A stretch of 64,000 nt of DNA, taken from NCBI GenBank assembly GCA_013265495.1, contig MU061538.1, positions 620,001 to 684,000 on the forward strand. Direction: 5' to 3'. Positions 48,501 to 61,564 of this stretch are shown here, in pieces. How positions within the stretch are numbered: the stretch's first letter is position 1; each line of letters begins with the position of its first letter. The position numbers were made by a program, and so were the translations under genes. Origin of the DNA: Vicugna vicugna (lineage: Eukaryota). The notes below the pieces were generated by a model that saw only the letters and a program-made list of their open reading frames with translations, had not been told where the DNA came from and did no database searches.

Positions 48501-50787
48501 CTGGTGCCAAGCAGTCCATGGGTTTAGTGCCGTGGGAGGTCTGTCCCGCAGGCCTGACCGTGTCCTGGGGGCTGGGCTGGTCATCCAGAAATGCAGGGTC
48601 AGTCCAGTGTCCCTGGTGGTCTGGGCCCTGCGTGGCCATGGGAGCCTCGGAACGTCACACGGCTCAGAACTGGGGCTGGGAGAGCAAGGACCCCTCGTAC
48701 CCAGGAGTGAAAAGCTAATTTAGTCTCCGGCCGAATCTTCCTTTGCCGTGGCCCAGCTACCTGCCGCGTGGGTAACACACAGATCTCGAATCCAAACCTG
48801 TCTCTTCCCTCCTTGCGCCTGGCACCTCCCAGGCAGGCCTCTCCCGCCCACAGAGGACACAAGGACGTTCAGATCGGACCGACTCCGGGATGGGTCCAGG
48901 CACGGCCATCGGAAAGGTGTATCTTCTCACCAAAGCAGGAAAAACCAAGTCTCATACTCTCAACACCGTTCAGCCCTCTGTGGTCTGCAGCCTGTTTGCC
49001 GCAAAGCCCACGGGCATGGCTCCCCGGGCCAGCCTGAGCGGAAGGGGGGGCTGTCCTCGTGATTGTCACGCCTCGTATGGTCACAGACCCCAGTTTCTTT
49101 AAGCGACCGAGTAGCAAAATGTGCACGTCTTATCGGCCAGAGTGTTTGGTCCCAGGGTCTGATGCTGCCAGAGGGCAGAGCCTGGCTGGCCCCACACGTG
49201 ACCTCCGGTCTGGATGACTGTCTGCCGGCTCCCACCCTCCTCCAGGGGCGCAGGTCAGAGGTGTGTCCTGCAGAGCGGACAGCAGGTCGGCTCCAGAACC
49301 TCAGGTGTAAAGAACAGTAAACAGAAAACCCCAGACCTGTCTTAATTGACGGCTGCTCTGCCCACTGTCCCTCCACAAACTGAACTTCCCCCTAACGTTC
49401 AGTTGAACAGGAAGAGACAGTTCCCTGGGACAGTGTCGTGCCGCACCGGCTGAACACGCTTCCACGCCAGCCGAGGGAAGGTCGTCCACGGTCACGTCGC
49501 GTCATTTGAGTTGAATGCAGTCAGAATGATAAACTGTGACTCGCTGAAACTGGGGCCTGGGACGGCCTCAGAGCCCCTCATGCCCAGCCTGGCAGCAGAA
49601 CTTCATCTCATGTTCAGAAAAAGCTGCAGAGAGCAGTTCTCCACCTGGAAACAAACTTGTGGTCAGACAAACCCCAGAAGCCTCAGGGATGGCTGCCTCC
49701 TGGAGATGCGGGGGGCGGGCCGGCCCCGGGAGTGGGGCGGCGGTACGAGGGTCAGAGCCAAAAAGACACCAGCAGAGAAAGGCGTCACGTGGGGCGTAAC
49801 ATTGTCCACACGACCCTGTCGCTGTACATCCGCACCAGCACAAGAAACGCTTATTTTTAGGAAGAGAGATGAAATCACAGGATGTGGTGAGAATAACACA
49901 CTTCAAACGAGCAGTCCGTCTCGTCTCTACCATGTGTGTCTTTGAGCAGATTCCTTCCTGCCTTGGCCTCGAGTCCGTCTTCTGAAAGGTGCCTTTTTAA
50001 CCAAAGGCCTTAATACTTGCTTCTCCAGAAGCACTAAATCGTCACTTAGGTGTGAAAGCCTTTTGACCGCTGTGTTCAACCACCTGCAGGCGATGATGCC
50101 GCGTGTGCCCGCCTGGAATTCGCCCCGGTGTATGCAGGTGGCGGGCGGCGCACCGCCCCCAGCCTGTCCCGTTTCTGCACTGAGACTTCACCCTTTCTGT
50201 GACCTACTTCTCCGTGTATCCCTCCCACCCTAACCCCCCTTCTTCCTGGAGATACAGGCATTTTCACGGGGCCTGGATGAACAACACGGGTTGAAGTGAG
50301 TGTAATTCCGGGTCGAATCCCCCGACCACCCCGACCAGCGTCCCGCTCCACCAGGACCCTCCCCACGCAGCCGAAAGTCTTCCGTCTCTCCGTCCTCTTG
50401 CTCCGTCTCTGTTTCCGTCTCCCCTCTGTGCACACACACAGACACACGTGCACGCCTGCACGCCGTGCCTGGGCCCTGTCCCTGCTCTGCTGCCCGAGGT
50501 CGGGTGGAGCCAGGGGCTGGCATCTGAGCGCAAGGCGGGGTTCCGTCCTGACCCCTTCAAGGGAGGTGCTGGGAGCACAGCCTGGAGGGGGTTTCTTGAG
50601 CCCCGTAGAGGTGCCGTTCCCGGGGCCCTGCCATCAGGGCTGATGAAGGGAGATTAGTGCACTCAGTTCCTATAAACCCACCAGCCCTCGTGTGAGCCGG
50701 AGGATGGCAGATTCAAATCTGAGACGAACTACAAATCCAAACACACGCGAGCAGCCCCACCCCGGCCCCACGGCCTCTCCACCTGGC

Positions 50788-50875
50788 CCCCCAACTCTGC
50801 GTGGAAGGCTCAGAGAGGCCCGGCGACTTGCCCAGGGCCACGCAGCTTCCATGCAGAGCTGAGCCCCAGCCCACC
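50788..50875 (-). mobile_element. MIR SINE core fragment
   Basis: ggctcagagaggcccggcgacttgcccagggccacgcagct...gcagagctg matches the MIR core. Confidence 0.7.
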
Positions 50876-53510
50876 TCTCCTGCCACTCAGTCCGGGCCTT
50901 TTAAATGCACAGGGTCTCGGACCGGGCAGTCAGGACAGGCCCCTCCTGTGGCCGACGTGAAGCCGCGACATTTGAGACCCCACAGCCGGAGTCGCTCCGT
51001 CCCTTCCTCAGTTCATGTTGACCGTGAGGTGAGGGACCGAGCCCCAGGGCCGGGCAGTCTGCCCGCTGCCCGTCCAGCAGCTGGCCCAGCTGGCACACGC
51101 GTCCTCCAGCCGTCACGGCCGGCCGGTAGGGGCCGTGCCCACTCGCTGTCCCTGTCCTGGGTGGGCTCAGGGCAGGGACAGACACTCCTCCAGCCTGAAC
51201 CCCGCTCCCCTGTCCTGCCTCAGTCACCCCTCACGCCGTGGACCGGGCCCTGCAGGGCCCACGTTTCGCTCAGCACATTTTCTCATTCAGAGCTGTCAGC
51301 CCGCTTCCTGACTTCCTGTCTTGGCAAAGCCAGCCGGCTCGGACGTCTTACGTCCAGGAGCTCCGAGCCTTCCTGCTCAGGGAGCCTGTCCTGAGAGTGG
51401 GTCTGCGCCAGTGTTGTCTTGTCATTTACTGTGTTTCATTCCTGAAGTGCAGCTTCTGCCTGTTATTCTAATGGTTTCCTTAAAATCCCAAGAGGACTTC
51501 AAACGCTGGGGACTTCCCAAGTCCCGGGGTTCCTACACAGACGTCTCAGCTGAGGCGGGGCTCCTCGAACTGCGGGCCTCACACGGTCCCCCGGCCCCGT
51601 GACGGGGCGAGCCGCCGGCACCAGAGCTGCCGCCTGGCAGGCACCTTGCGGGTGACGGTGCAGAGCGCCAACGAGCCCGAGGGCGCAGCACCCCTCCCTG
51701 CCAAGGCCCTCCATCCGGGACCCCCTCCTCCCAGCTGGGCTGTCGGCGCCCCTCCCGGTTAGAGACCCCAGCTCCGGGAAGCCCGCAGGTCAGCCCCTCG
51801 GCCGCACGGTCAGCACGACGCCTGCTTGGCCCTCGTGCCCCTTGCGCTGCGTTGTGCTGTGGACGGAGTGCTTGAGTAACTCCGGTCCAGACACGGGCGC
51901 GAGTCTGCCTCTGCGTGTGTCACTTAACATGCGGCCATAAACGTTGGCTTTCTTATTAGACCCTTTTCTGTAAAATAACGGACTCCTCTTTGGCGGTGGG
52001 TGCTTTCCGGCATCTCACGGAGTGAGGCCATGGTGCCTGTCCCGTGCTTGTCTGTTTCTCCCTTTAAAGATGAATTCTTAGAACAAATTTCCATAGCAAC
52101 CACCATGTGATGTGCACAGGCAGATTCCCAGAGGCTCCCTCTCCTCACAAGACCTTGGTCTGCCCGTCGGCAAGTCACCGTCGGGGAGGAAGCCACCTGC
52201 GGTGGCCGCCCCTGCCCTGCACGGACCCGTTCCTCTGAGCAGACCGTGAGAGACGCGGCGGGAGGCGGCTTCCCGAGGGCGTGTTTGCGCGCGTCCCGGT
52301 GACAGCAGGACCGAGCGCCAGCCCCTGGAGGGGAGGGGAGGGACCGTGTCCCTGGGAACTCGGTGCTGGACGGTGCTGGACACACGTGGACATGCCTCCC
52401 ACAGCCCCAGTCTGGACGCAGTCACTGCAGGCGGCGCCGGAAGGTCTCCGCGAGGGTTTCCAGGACGTCCTTTGGAGGCTGGTGGCCACGAGCAGAGGCT
52501 CCACATTGGAACCGAGCAGACCCTCCCTCCAGTGTCAGGCCAAGGGGACACTAGTGAGAAACACTTTTGCCCCAAAGTGAGCGTTCAGTTAGGTTGACTT
52601 TCTGCCGTTCTAACGGGAGCTGCTTCTACTTTCTGTGATGTGCTGGCCAAGGTGGAGATTAATCATTCGTGCTCCAGTCCGCTTAGGACTTAAACTGCCA
52701 AGTGTTCAAGCCTTGGCAGGGCTTTCCCTGAGCTAAATCCTTGACCAGGTGGGAGTTCACATCACTTATTTTTGTGACTTCCCTGGCGTGATTGGAACGT
52801 GCCTGATGAGCTGCTTTCAAGTTTTTGGCACAGAGTTTGGGCGCACAGGGGGCTCGGGGGGGGGTGGGCTCGCCCTCCGTCTGCTGAGCCCCAGTCTCCT
52901 GGGGGTGGACAGTCCATCCCTTCTCCCCAGAAGTCTTGGCAGGTGTCACCTGCACGAGAGGCGTGCCCCATGCCGGGTGCACCTATGTCTGTGGGCACGT
53001 GTGTGCGCCCACGTCTTAGGTTGGACGGTGGTGGGTGCCGTGAGGTTTCTGGGCAGACGGAACTGAGCGGGATGGGGCTGGGTGATGGGTGGGTTTCCAG
53101 AGCAAGGACAATACCACCCCTTATGTTTCTGGATGGGAAGGATGGGAAGCCCCGAGGGGCGCTGCTGTGACTGTCTCCACGGGCAGTTTAGACGCGCGAT
53201 GGCGCCGTCCAGCCCCGTCCGTCAGGAGGTCTGCGAGCTCAGGGCTGGAGTCAGAAGGAGCCGAGCAGTCCCGGGAGCCTCGGGCACCGTCTCCCTGCTG
53301 GTGTTTCTGTCGGCAGCGCCTCCCAGTGGTAAGAGCTGAGGCTCCCCAGCGTGAGCGGCCGTGGCTCACCCTGCAGACCAGTGCCTCTCTCCACGGAAGT
53401 CTGCGAGCGTCCCCTTTCTGTTCTGGACGGTTTCTTTCTGCAAAATAGCACTCGGAGCTCAGGGCCCGAGTGAAGGGACGCCCGCTCACATCTCCTTCCT
53501 TTGTCTCCAG

Positions 53511-53582
53511 GAGCAGTTCGAGTTCGCGCTGACGGCGGTGGCCGAGGAGGTGAACGCCATTCTGCAAGCCTTTCCCCAGTGA
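53511..53582 (+). CDS. PTPRN2: PTPRN2 terminal coding exon (exon 23 equivalent): EQFEFALTAVAEEVNAILQAFPQ-stop
   Basis: Strong pyrimidine tract, ctccAG acceptor, TGA at 53580-82. Matches the IA-2beta C-terminus. Confidence 0.98.
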   Translation, partial: EQFEFALTAVAEEVNAILQAFPQ

Positions 53583-55085
53583 GCACGTTTCCCGGGGCCT
53601 CGGAGGAGCCCCGGCCCGGGCACTGCCGCCGTCGGGACCGAGGACGACTCGGCTGTGTCTCCTGGAGCGGCTGCCCGGTGGTCGGCCCTGAGGCTCTGCG
53701 GTCTGTGCCGTTCAGCAGTTAAAATGTGTATTTTTGTTCAGCCAGACAGTACTAAACAGAGGTCTGTGGGAACATGCAGTTACGGGGCGGCCGGTTCATC
53801 TACTTTCACTCTCTTGGAAAAAAGGTTTATTTTTCCTTAAAGCACACCTTTCATTCCTTGCTGCAAACCCTGTCGTCCTGACGATGCAGTGACCCGCGCA
53901 GCCAGGACGGCCCCCAGAAGAGAGCTGGCTCGTGATCGGAACTTTCTGAAGGAGCTTCCGCTGCGCGTGGAGAGGCCCAGGGCAGCTGGCCGGGCCCCCG
54001 GCCGCAGGCTCTGTCTTCATGACGGTCCCTTGCGGGGAGAAACCAGCAGTTGGGACGTGCGGGCCGGACGCAGCTTGGGGGCAGGCGACAGGAGAACCAC
54101 CCCCGCGCTTGGTTCAACCCAGGCCACTCGACACCCCCCAGGCACGGCTGACAGCCCCCCTCAACCGCCCACCCCAGGGTGGGCGGGGGCCCCGGAGGAC
54201 AAGTGCCGTCCCACTGGAGCACCTGCTTCCCGGCCCCCCGCCCCCGAGACGCCTCACCTGGGAGAGGCAGGGGGTGGCTTCCAATCTCCAGACACGGTTT
54301 TAACTTATAATAGGGATTTGCACTTTGCAAAATCAAGTGCAGCTAGTGAACGCTCTCCTGCAGGCTGACCCAGTTCAGGGAGGGCTGGGAGGAGCACGTA
54401 GTGAGCCCCCGGCAGGCACGTGTGGCCCCTCAAGGGGCGGCGGGCGCCTTGCTGGCATCCAGAGAAGACAGGTTGCTTTCCCCACGGGAGGAACACGGAT
54501 CACAGCAACTGGAGAAAAGTGACCGCCCTGGGCTCCTGCCAGGGCTCAGACCCCTGGCCCTTAGGTTGCCCACTTGTCTGACATCACGCAGATACCAGCG
54601 TCTGGACAGAGTTTGCATTTGCCAAAAAGCACTTGTGCACCAAATTTGCCAGCGGGGGCCCCCAGCAGCAGGAGAGTTTCATTAAGGCGAGGGCGATGAT
54701 GTGGAGGGAGGTGTGTCTCGGCAATGAAACACGCCCTGGTACCTTGTCCTTCCAGGCTGACACACCACGCCTTCCGTCTTAACCAGATGTTGCAGCTCAG
54801 AGAGCAGCAGACCAGGGAACGTGGCTGGCTGAGTGGGGAGAAAGATGCCAAAACATTGTCTGTGTCTTTAACGGCGTTGTCGTGTAAATCTGCTTTAACA
54901 TAGCTCTGATTCCTCTCCCAAAGCCGTTTCTCTATCGGGAACCTAATGATTAATAGGAAATAACTTACCTGAATATAGGAGCGTAGACCTGCCTGTGGCT
55001 TCTGACATTTTTGTTTCCTCGGTGTGAGACACGTGACTGTATTTAACTGTGTTTGTTTGATTAAACTTCTGATTTCACACTTGAA
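53583..55085 (+). other. PTPRN2: Probable PTPRN2 3' UTR (~1.5 kb)
   Basis: Runs from the stop codon to just past the first hexamer poly(A) signal I found (ATTAAA 55060-65). The 3' end is inferred. Confidence 0.65.
55060..55065 (+). terminator. Candidate polyadenylation signal ATTAAA
   Basis: Preceded by U-rich tgtgtttgtttg and followed by CA dinucleotides and a U/GU-rich tract (tggtcttcatttggg). Confidence 0.6.
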
Positions 55086-58000
55086 TGGTCTTCATTTGGG
55101 AGGCGAGCAGGGTCTTTCCCCGTCCGACCTCCGTTCCTCGAAGGCGGGCGTTCGACCGCAGACGCAAGGTGAGCGCGCGCCGTAGGGCTCTCTGCCAAGG
55201 TGCTGCGTTATTCGCAGGGCTGGCTGTTTGCTAAGGGCCAGAGTGTCAGGTGTCACTAAGGTTTTATTCATTAAAAAGTGATTAAACAGTCTCAGTCAAA
55301 AGCTGAGGAGTGGTGTGCGCTCTGAGCACGGCCTGTGCCCCGTCCTCGCACCCGGTGAGTGTCCGGGGAACCCCGCGGCGGCCCCCTCCTTCCTGCCCGC
55401 GGTGGAGGGGGCGCCCCACCACCTCGCAGAGAGACGGGCCGGCCTCAAAGCTGGCGCTCACGCCAGGAGCATTTGAACCCCGGCGAGGGGCGGCCCTGCT
55501 GGGCGTGAGGCGATGGTGTCCCTCTCGTCCTGCTGGCCCATGTCAGCAGGCAGGGGCAAGACTTGGTGGCCCACCAGCGTGTCAGTGTTCATTTCTGCAG
55601 AAATCAGCCCCTCCGTCTCACCAGACAGTCGTCCACTCACATTCCAGCAGCTCCGTCTCGCCCAGCACCTCCTGTCCCGAGTTTGCTTCGTGCCAGGATC
55701 CTGCCCGGCAGCCGTGAAGCGTCTGCTTTCCGTGTGCCACAAAGTTACTCTCACTGACGTTTCACGTGCGCACGTAGCGATAGGTGGCGCGTCTCGTGAG
55801 AAACACATGTCAGAATCTGCAGGCGGCAGACTGGGGAGCTGCAAGATTCCCTTCCTTCTGGGAATATTTAGGAACACTGGACCAAAGGCACTTTTAAAAT
55901 GTAGTGCGTAGCCAGCTCTGAAGACAGAGAAGTAAAGACGGGGGTCGGTGTGGGCAGAGCCAATGCCGAGCCCGGCGCAGGTGCGGCTGGTCCCTGGCGT
56001 GTCCACCCGGAGCTCACAGCCCACTCTCTGAAACGATGGACAGAGGCGTGCTTAGTTTGTTACGAGATTTGCACTCAGCCTGCACCAGTGAAAACACACA
56101 CACGGTCCTCCGCCACGTAGCTCGTGGGTTCTCACAGGAGGCTCGCTCTGGTCTTGGGGGATTCCTGCGTCTGCAGCCAGCCTGCGGCTGCGGCTGGGGA
56201 GCAGCTGTGGCCTCGGTGTGGACACGGGTCAGTGTTTCCGCCTCGACAGGGGACGTGGGTCAGGACTTCCCTGGCTCATCCGTGGGGCACGCGTTTCTCT
56301 GCCGAGTCAGACGGTGGTTTCCGGGCTCTGGAGGAAGCTGCTGTGTGCTGTTCAGATGTGACGCCCTCGCTTTCAGGGTGAATCAGTATCGTCGGTGTCC
56401 CCGCCTCTTCTTACAGTCTGGCCGGCCGACCAACAAAACAAAAACAAAGCCTTGACTTGCCGTGTCTGCTGATTTCTGACGGGAACACACCGCCGTGAAG
56501 GGCTTCAGTGTGGACTCGGCAGGTGAAAACGATGAGAGTAAGACAGAGTGAGATCAATCAGGGAGCTGTAAGTTTTGAGTATATATTACCTGTGTATCAA
56601 TCTGTCAGTTCACACGATTTAATTTTTAATAGTGGCTGTATTAACCAGCCCATAAAATTCCTAAAAAATTAGCCATCTGCTCCTGCGAGTGGGCACGAGC
56701 CAGCGGAGATGCGCCTCTGCCTCGGGGCCACACAGTGAGGACGGGAGGAGTTTGGAGGGCGGCAGGTGCAGCCGTCCAGCTGGAAGGAGACGGGTGCTGT
56801 CTGCCGGGGTGGGTCTGGGTCCCCCACCCACGTGGCGCAGGGAATCCTCCTTGAAAAGCGCTTAGCGTCCGCTCCGCCCCAGCGAAGCCCTGTGGTCCCA
56901 GCGCCAGCAGAGGCAATCCGCTCGACGAACCACGTGCAGCCCACAGAGAAGACACCCCCACGAGGACCAGCCGGTGCTGTCCGCGTATTTTGCTGGACGG
57001 TGTACACGGATGCACGCACACTAAGATGCTTTATTTCTTACGAAATTAGCTTCGTACGTGTGAAAAGTGGGTTTGCCCGCGGCCCCGAGCACTCAGCCGT
57101 CTCCCCCTTCTCGCTCTCAATTGTGTGCGTGAAGCCATCACACTTGTCCCGCGGGGACTGCCGGCAATATTATATGTAATCTGTGCTGTGTGCTTTATTA
57201 ATCAAGTAGAACGCTAATAAAAAACCTTCATAATTAGTGGAATAGGCATTAACTCAAAGATGTTTATTGGAATAGAAAATGAGAATTTGATGACACCTTT
57301 GTTCCCAAACAATGGCTGATTTTCATTTTATTCTGGATATTTGCTTTGAAGCTGGTCTTAGCCATTTCGGTTGCTCCGTTTATGAGACAAACCATATGGT
57401 GGGTGTCGTTTGTCTTCCGAGCTGAGCGCGGCTGGTGAACACTGCCGCGGGTTTCTGGACGGCGCTCTGGGAGCCAGGCCCTCTCTCCCTCCTGGAGCGG
57501 GAGCGAGCGGTGCCCCCACGGGGCTGGCACCCTTCCAGGCCGTGTGACTGTTCCCATGTGGCGGGTCAGGCCGTGGTGGACACTCGGTCCAGGGGCTGGG
57601 TTGGGGCGGCGCTGCGGGACCGCTCACAGGCACCTGGTGGATCTGAGCCTCGCGGGTTGGCTTCCGGCTCCAAAAGAAGCCTCGTCCCCAGAGAGGCCGT
57701 CTCAGGCCGGGGGAGGTCGGTTCTCAGGATGAAGAGAGACAGGATGGAAATGCACGAAGGAGCAGGCGCCTCCGTCCCTCCCACGTCTGTGTCTGAGCCT
57801 GACTTCCGCGCCCCCCTGGGCTCGCCCTGCCTCTGCCTGCGCACCTCTGTGTGCGGTCTGCCCGCCTCTCTGTCCCTCTGTCCTGCGTCCGTCTCTCTGT
57901 CTTTATCTCGCTCTCTCCTCCCTCCGGGGGCGTCTGCTCTGAAGGAGGAGCATACACAGAAGTCTCATGGCTTGGAATGGCACGGCTTCTAATTCCAAAA

Positions 58001-60390
58001 CGTCTTTTGGAAGCTTCCGCTCTTCCCGGGGCTGGGAGGGGCCAATTCCAGGGCCCAGTGTACTGAGTCGGGGTCTCCCTGGGAGGAGCTGGGAATCTGG
58101 GTGTTTAACAAGCGCCAGCAGGAGTGTTCGGCCCGTGGTTTGGAGAGACCCTCGGCCTCGGGCTTAGGCGGGAGCACGGGTGCACAGAGTGCAAGGGGAG
58201 GGGACCAGGGCAGCGGTCCTCACTCCGCCTCTTCCCTTCCCTGACCTCCTCTGCTGTGTTCATCTCTGCAAACTGCTCCAAATTCTATTTTGGAACAAGA
58301 CAGAAAACAAAAACAGCAGCTTGAGGCAACGTCCATCACACAGAGAGCTCATGCCCCAGAGACCACCTGAGCCCCATGTCTGCTGACTGGCCTGAAGGGA
58401 CCCCTTTGCCCAGAGCGGACCTCGCATCGAAGTCCTGCCCTCAGACCACAAGGGCTGGGGAGTGGAGGTAACCGTCAGACAGACGCGGCTTGAGTCCTTG
58501 CTGTGCAGTCCTCAGGGGCCACCCGCCCCACATGGTCTCGTGCAACTCAGTCGTCCCCCTGAAGCCCAGGACTGCATCCGGCCAGCCTCTGTGGTGTCCA
58601 GCCACGGTCTCAAACCCAAAGAGGCCATAGCCCGCCCTGGTGGCCCTGCTCTGTCCTCCCATTTCCATGGTGGCAGCTGCAACCTGCAGATGCCCGAGCA
58701 GACCAGCGGGGTCATGGTGGCCCCTCTTCCTCTCATGCTTCACACCCCACCCGGGACCCAGCCCCAGCACCCCTGCAGCTCCCCCCAAACTCAAGCCACC
58801 ACCCCCTCCCAGATCACCGCTCGGCCTTGACGGTCTTTCTCTGCTGCTGCCTCAGCCCCTGTCAGCTCCGCACAAGGAGGGCGAGGGGCCAGCAAAGCCA
58901 GGCATCTCCTCCCCTCCCCTTTCCCTCCTGAACGTCAGGGGAGGGAGTCAGGCAGGGACGTGCCAGGTGGCAGGGCCGCAGGGCCCAGAGGGTACTTGGA
59001 GACCACACGGAGGCTGGGGTCAGAGGACAGGCGTCTGCATGGGGGGCCCAGGGAAGGGCGTCCCGGCCGAGTGCGCTTAGAAGCTGCGTCCCTGCACCTG
59101 CCGCCCTCGCCTGTGCTGTGGACAGACCTGCTTGGGGCAGGGCGGGCCGCACCCGGCCCCAGCCCCCGGCCTCGGAGCCCTGATGTGTGGCAGTGCCGTG
59201 ACTCAGCCTTAAGCGTCCGCTGTGTCCTGTGAGCAGAGCAACACCTGCCACGTGCAGGGCCCTGGGGGACTTGCTCACCCCGGAGACCGAGCAGCGACGA
59301 CAGGCACAGGGGAGACCTGCTCTGTGAATGAACCTGCTCAGCAGGGTGTGCGTCTCAGATTTTAATCTTGTTCTTACTAGGTTGCCTAAAAATTCGATTC
59401 TTTTTCTTACATTGAAATCAAACTTCCCTAAACATACAGAAGCCTGTGACCATTTTAGGTGATTCTAAGACCCCCTGCGTCAACAGGCCTCCTCGCGACA
59501 CCGCAGGCCTGGTCCGCGCAGGCTGGTGAGGGCGGGAGGCCAACAGCAGAAGCCCGCAGCCCAGCTGTTTACGCATTGAAATCTTTGAAACAAAAGGTCA
59601 GGAAGGTGGCGGCCCCAGCCGACCAAGGGAGCGGCCGGTGGCGGAGAACCCGGCCCCACGAGCCGGCATGCAGCCCAGGTCGGGGGGCTGCTGGTTTCCA
59701 GACTCCGGGCTCCCGTGAAAGGGGGAGACGTACCACAGCCTCTAAAACGAAGCAAAGGGAAGTGAAGCTTGACGACAAGGGAAGCTTTATTCGCAGAGGA
59801 GGTTCAGGCAAAAGCCAAAATGACTGCATCTTCCACACGGCTCAGCAGACCTCGATTTCAGCACCAGGACCCAAAGGGGCAGGAGCGTTTTCGGTGGGAG
59901 ACAGAAGTAGCTTTAAAGGTCAGCCTTCAAATTTAATTTTAGCAAAAATATGAAACCAAAATTGTTTCCTTTGATCCAAACTAAAGGCCGAGTCCACAAA
60001 CCTCGGCAAGTTTGGAAGAAGCCCACGCTCTGGTCGCCTTCTGGCCTCCCCCAGGCCCAGCTCCCCGCCACCGCCCCAGGAAGACACAGGTCTCAGCTCC
60101 CTGCCCAGCGAGGGTGGAGGGGCGGGAGCGTGGAGCCAGCGCATGGACGCAAGGAGGCAGCGGCCGTCGGGCAGCCTTGGGGGCGGGCACTTACATGACC
60201 AGTAAGGAGAGCCACCTGTGGAACTTCAGGGGGAACGTTACATGCTTTGGGGCTCAGAAGAAATTCATAAAAATGTGAATGATAACATAAGGCAGGATAT
60301 AGCAACCAGATGATAACAAAATTACTATTTCTATACGATCGTTTGGTGTCCAAGTATAAAGTTAAACAAATTCACGTACAAGAATTTTCA

Positions 60391-60538
60391 GAAGGGAGGG
60401 TATAGCTCAGTGGTAGAGTGTGTGCGTACCATGCTCAAGGTCCTGGGTTCAATCGCCAGTGCCTCCATTAAAAATAACAATAATTAATACATAAACCTAA
60501 TTCCTCCCCCTTCAAAAAAAACTGTAAAAAAATTTTTT
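60391..60538 (+). mobile_element. Vic-1-type camelid tRNA-derived SINE, full length
   Basis: gggagggtatagctcagtggtagag...ggtcctgggttcaatcgccagtgcctccatt. A box 60403-13, B box 60446-56, A-rich tail, perfect 11-bp TSD aagaattttca (60380-90 / 60539-49). Confidence 0.92.
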
Positions 60539-61564
60539 AAGAATTTTCAATGATTTGCCTGTACTTAGAACAATTCTGCCTCGGGGACACATCTCAACTT
60601 CTGAGAATGAATTAAAAGCTGAACGTTAACTTCGTAGTTTCTCAATTTCACAAACAGGAAACAGTCCAGACTGACATCCACTTCCATCCAAAATTGCATC
60701 CCCTTTGATTCAACTGCAAAAAATACAGTGAGTCTGAGGGGAAAAGAAGGCAAGGAGGGACCCAGAAGTCCCCAGTCCCCCGACCTGGCCGGACGTGCGC
60801 GGGGGAACCGACGCCGGCCAGCAGCTGGCCGCGCCGGGAAGGAGCTGCTCTGCTGCGTTGACCCGCTGCATGGCTTCAATACCAGCTGCCTCGATTCCCA
60901 GTAACAAGCCGTAGCTGCAGCACAGCTGGTCTGAAGCGCTTTCTGCGACGGGGGTACCTGGCTTCTGCCTCAACTTGGACCGTTTGGTCATAAACCATTG
61001 GGCCAGAAGGTGAACACCTGTGCACCTCTAGTCAGATCCCTGCTGGACCCAGACGGTGACCAGCCCCCCGAGGCCCCTCCTCCCACTGTCCCTCCTGACC
61101 AGGATGACCCGGGTCCCAGCAGGTCCCAGGCAAGCCGGCTGAAACCGCGGAGCCGGGACACACACAGAACACATGTGGGTACAATGCGCTGGGTGGAGCC
61201 AACACGTGGGACCTGGGCATGGACTGGCCGGGGAGGGTCCGGGGAGGAGGGCAGGCGGGGAGGAGGCCTTTGTGTGTGAAGATGGCGGGGCTGTGGTCCG
61301 GAGCCCCTCCCCGGGGCTTGCCTTGGACCTGCACCTGGTAGTTTGCCTACGATATTCGGGAAAAGGGCAGGCCCAGCGAGGAGGGCGTGGAGCTGCTGCA
61401 GGTGGTGCTGGGGTCGGGGTCCGAGACGAGATGTGAGAGGTCTCCCAACCCTGAGACGGGAGGGCTAGGGAGCACAGGGGCTGGGGGAGGTGGAGGCCGG
61501 AATGAGGGCCGAGGTCCGAGCGCTGTCTCCTGGACCAGCCTGTGAGCTCCTCCCTGCCCAGTGC

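Noticed and set aside
59855-59880. TTCAGCACC RE1 left half-site (and GGTGCTGTCC right half near 56972)
   Set aside because: Only single half-sites with no matching partner at a permissible spacing.
60394-60470. tRNA-like sequence (also 14440-14500)
   Set aside because: A poly(A)-type tail, TSDs and an imperfect cloverleaf show these are tRNA-derived SINEs, not tRNA genes.
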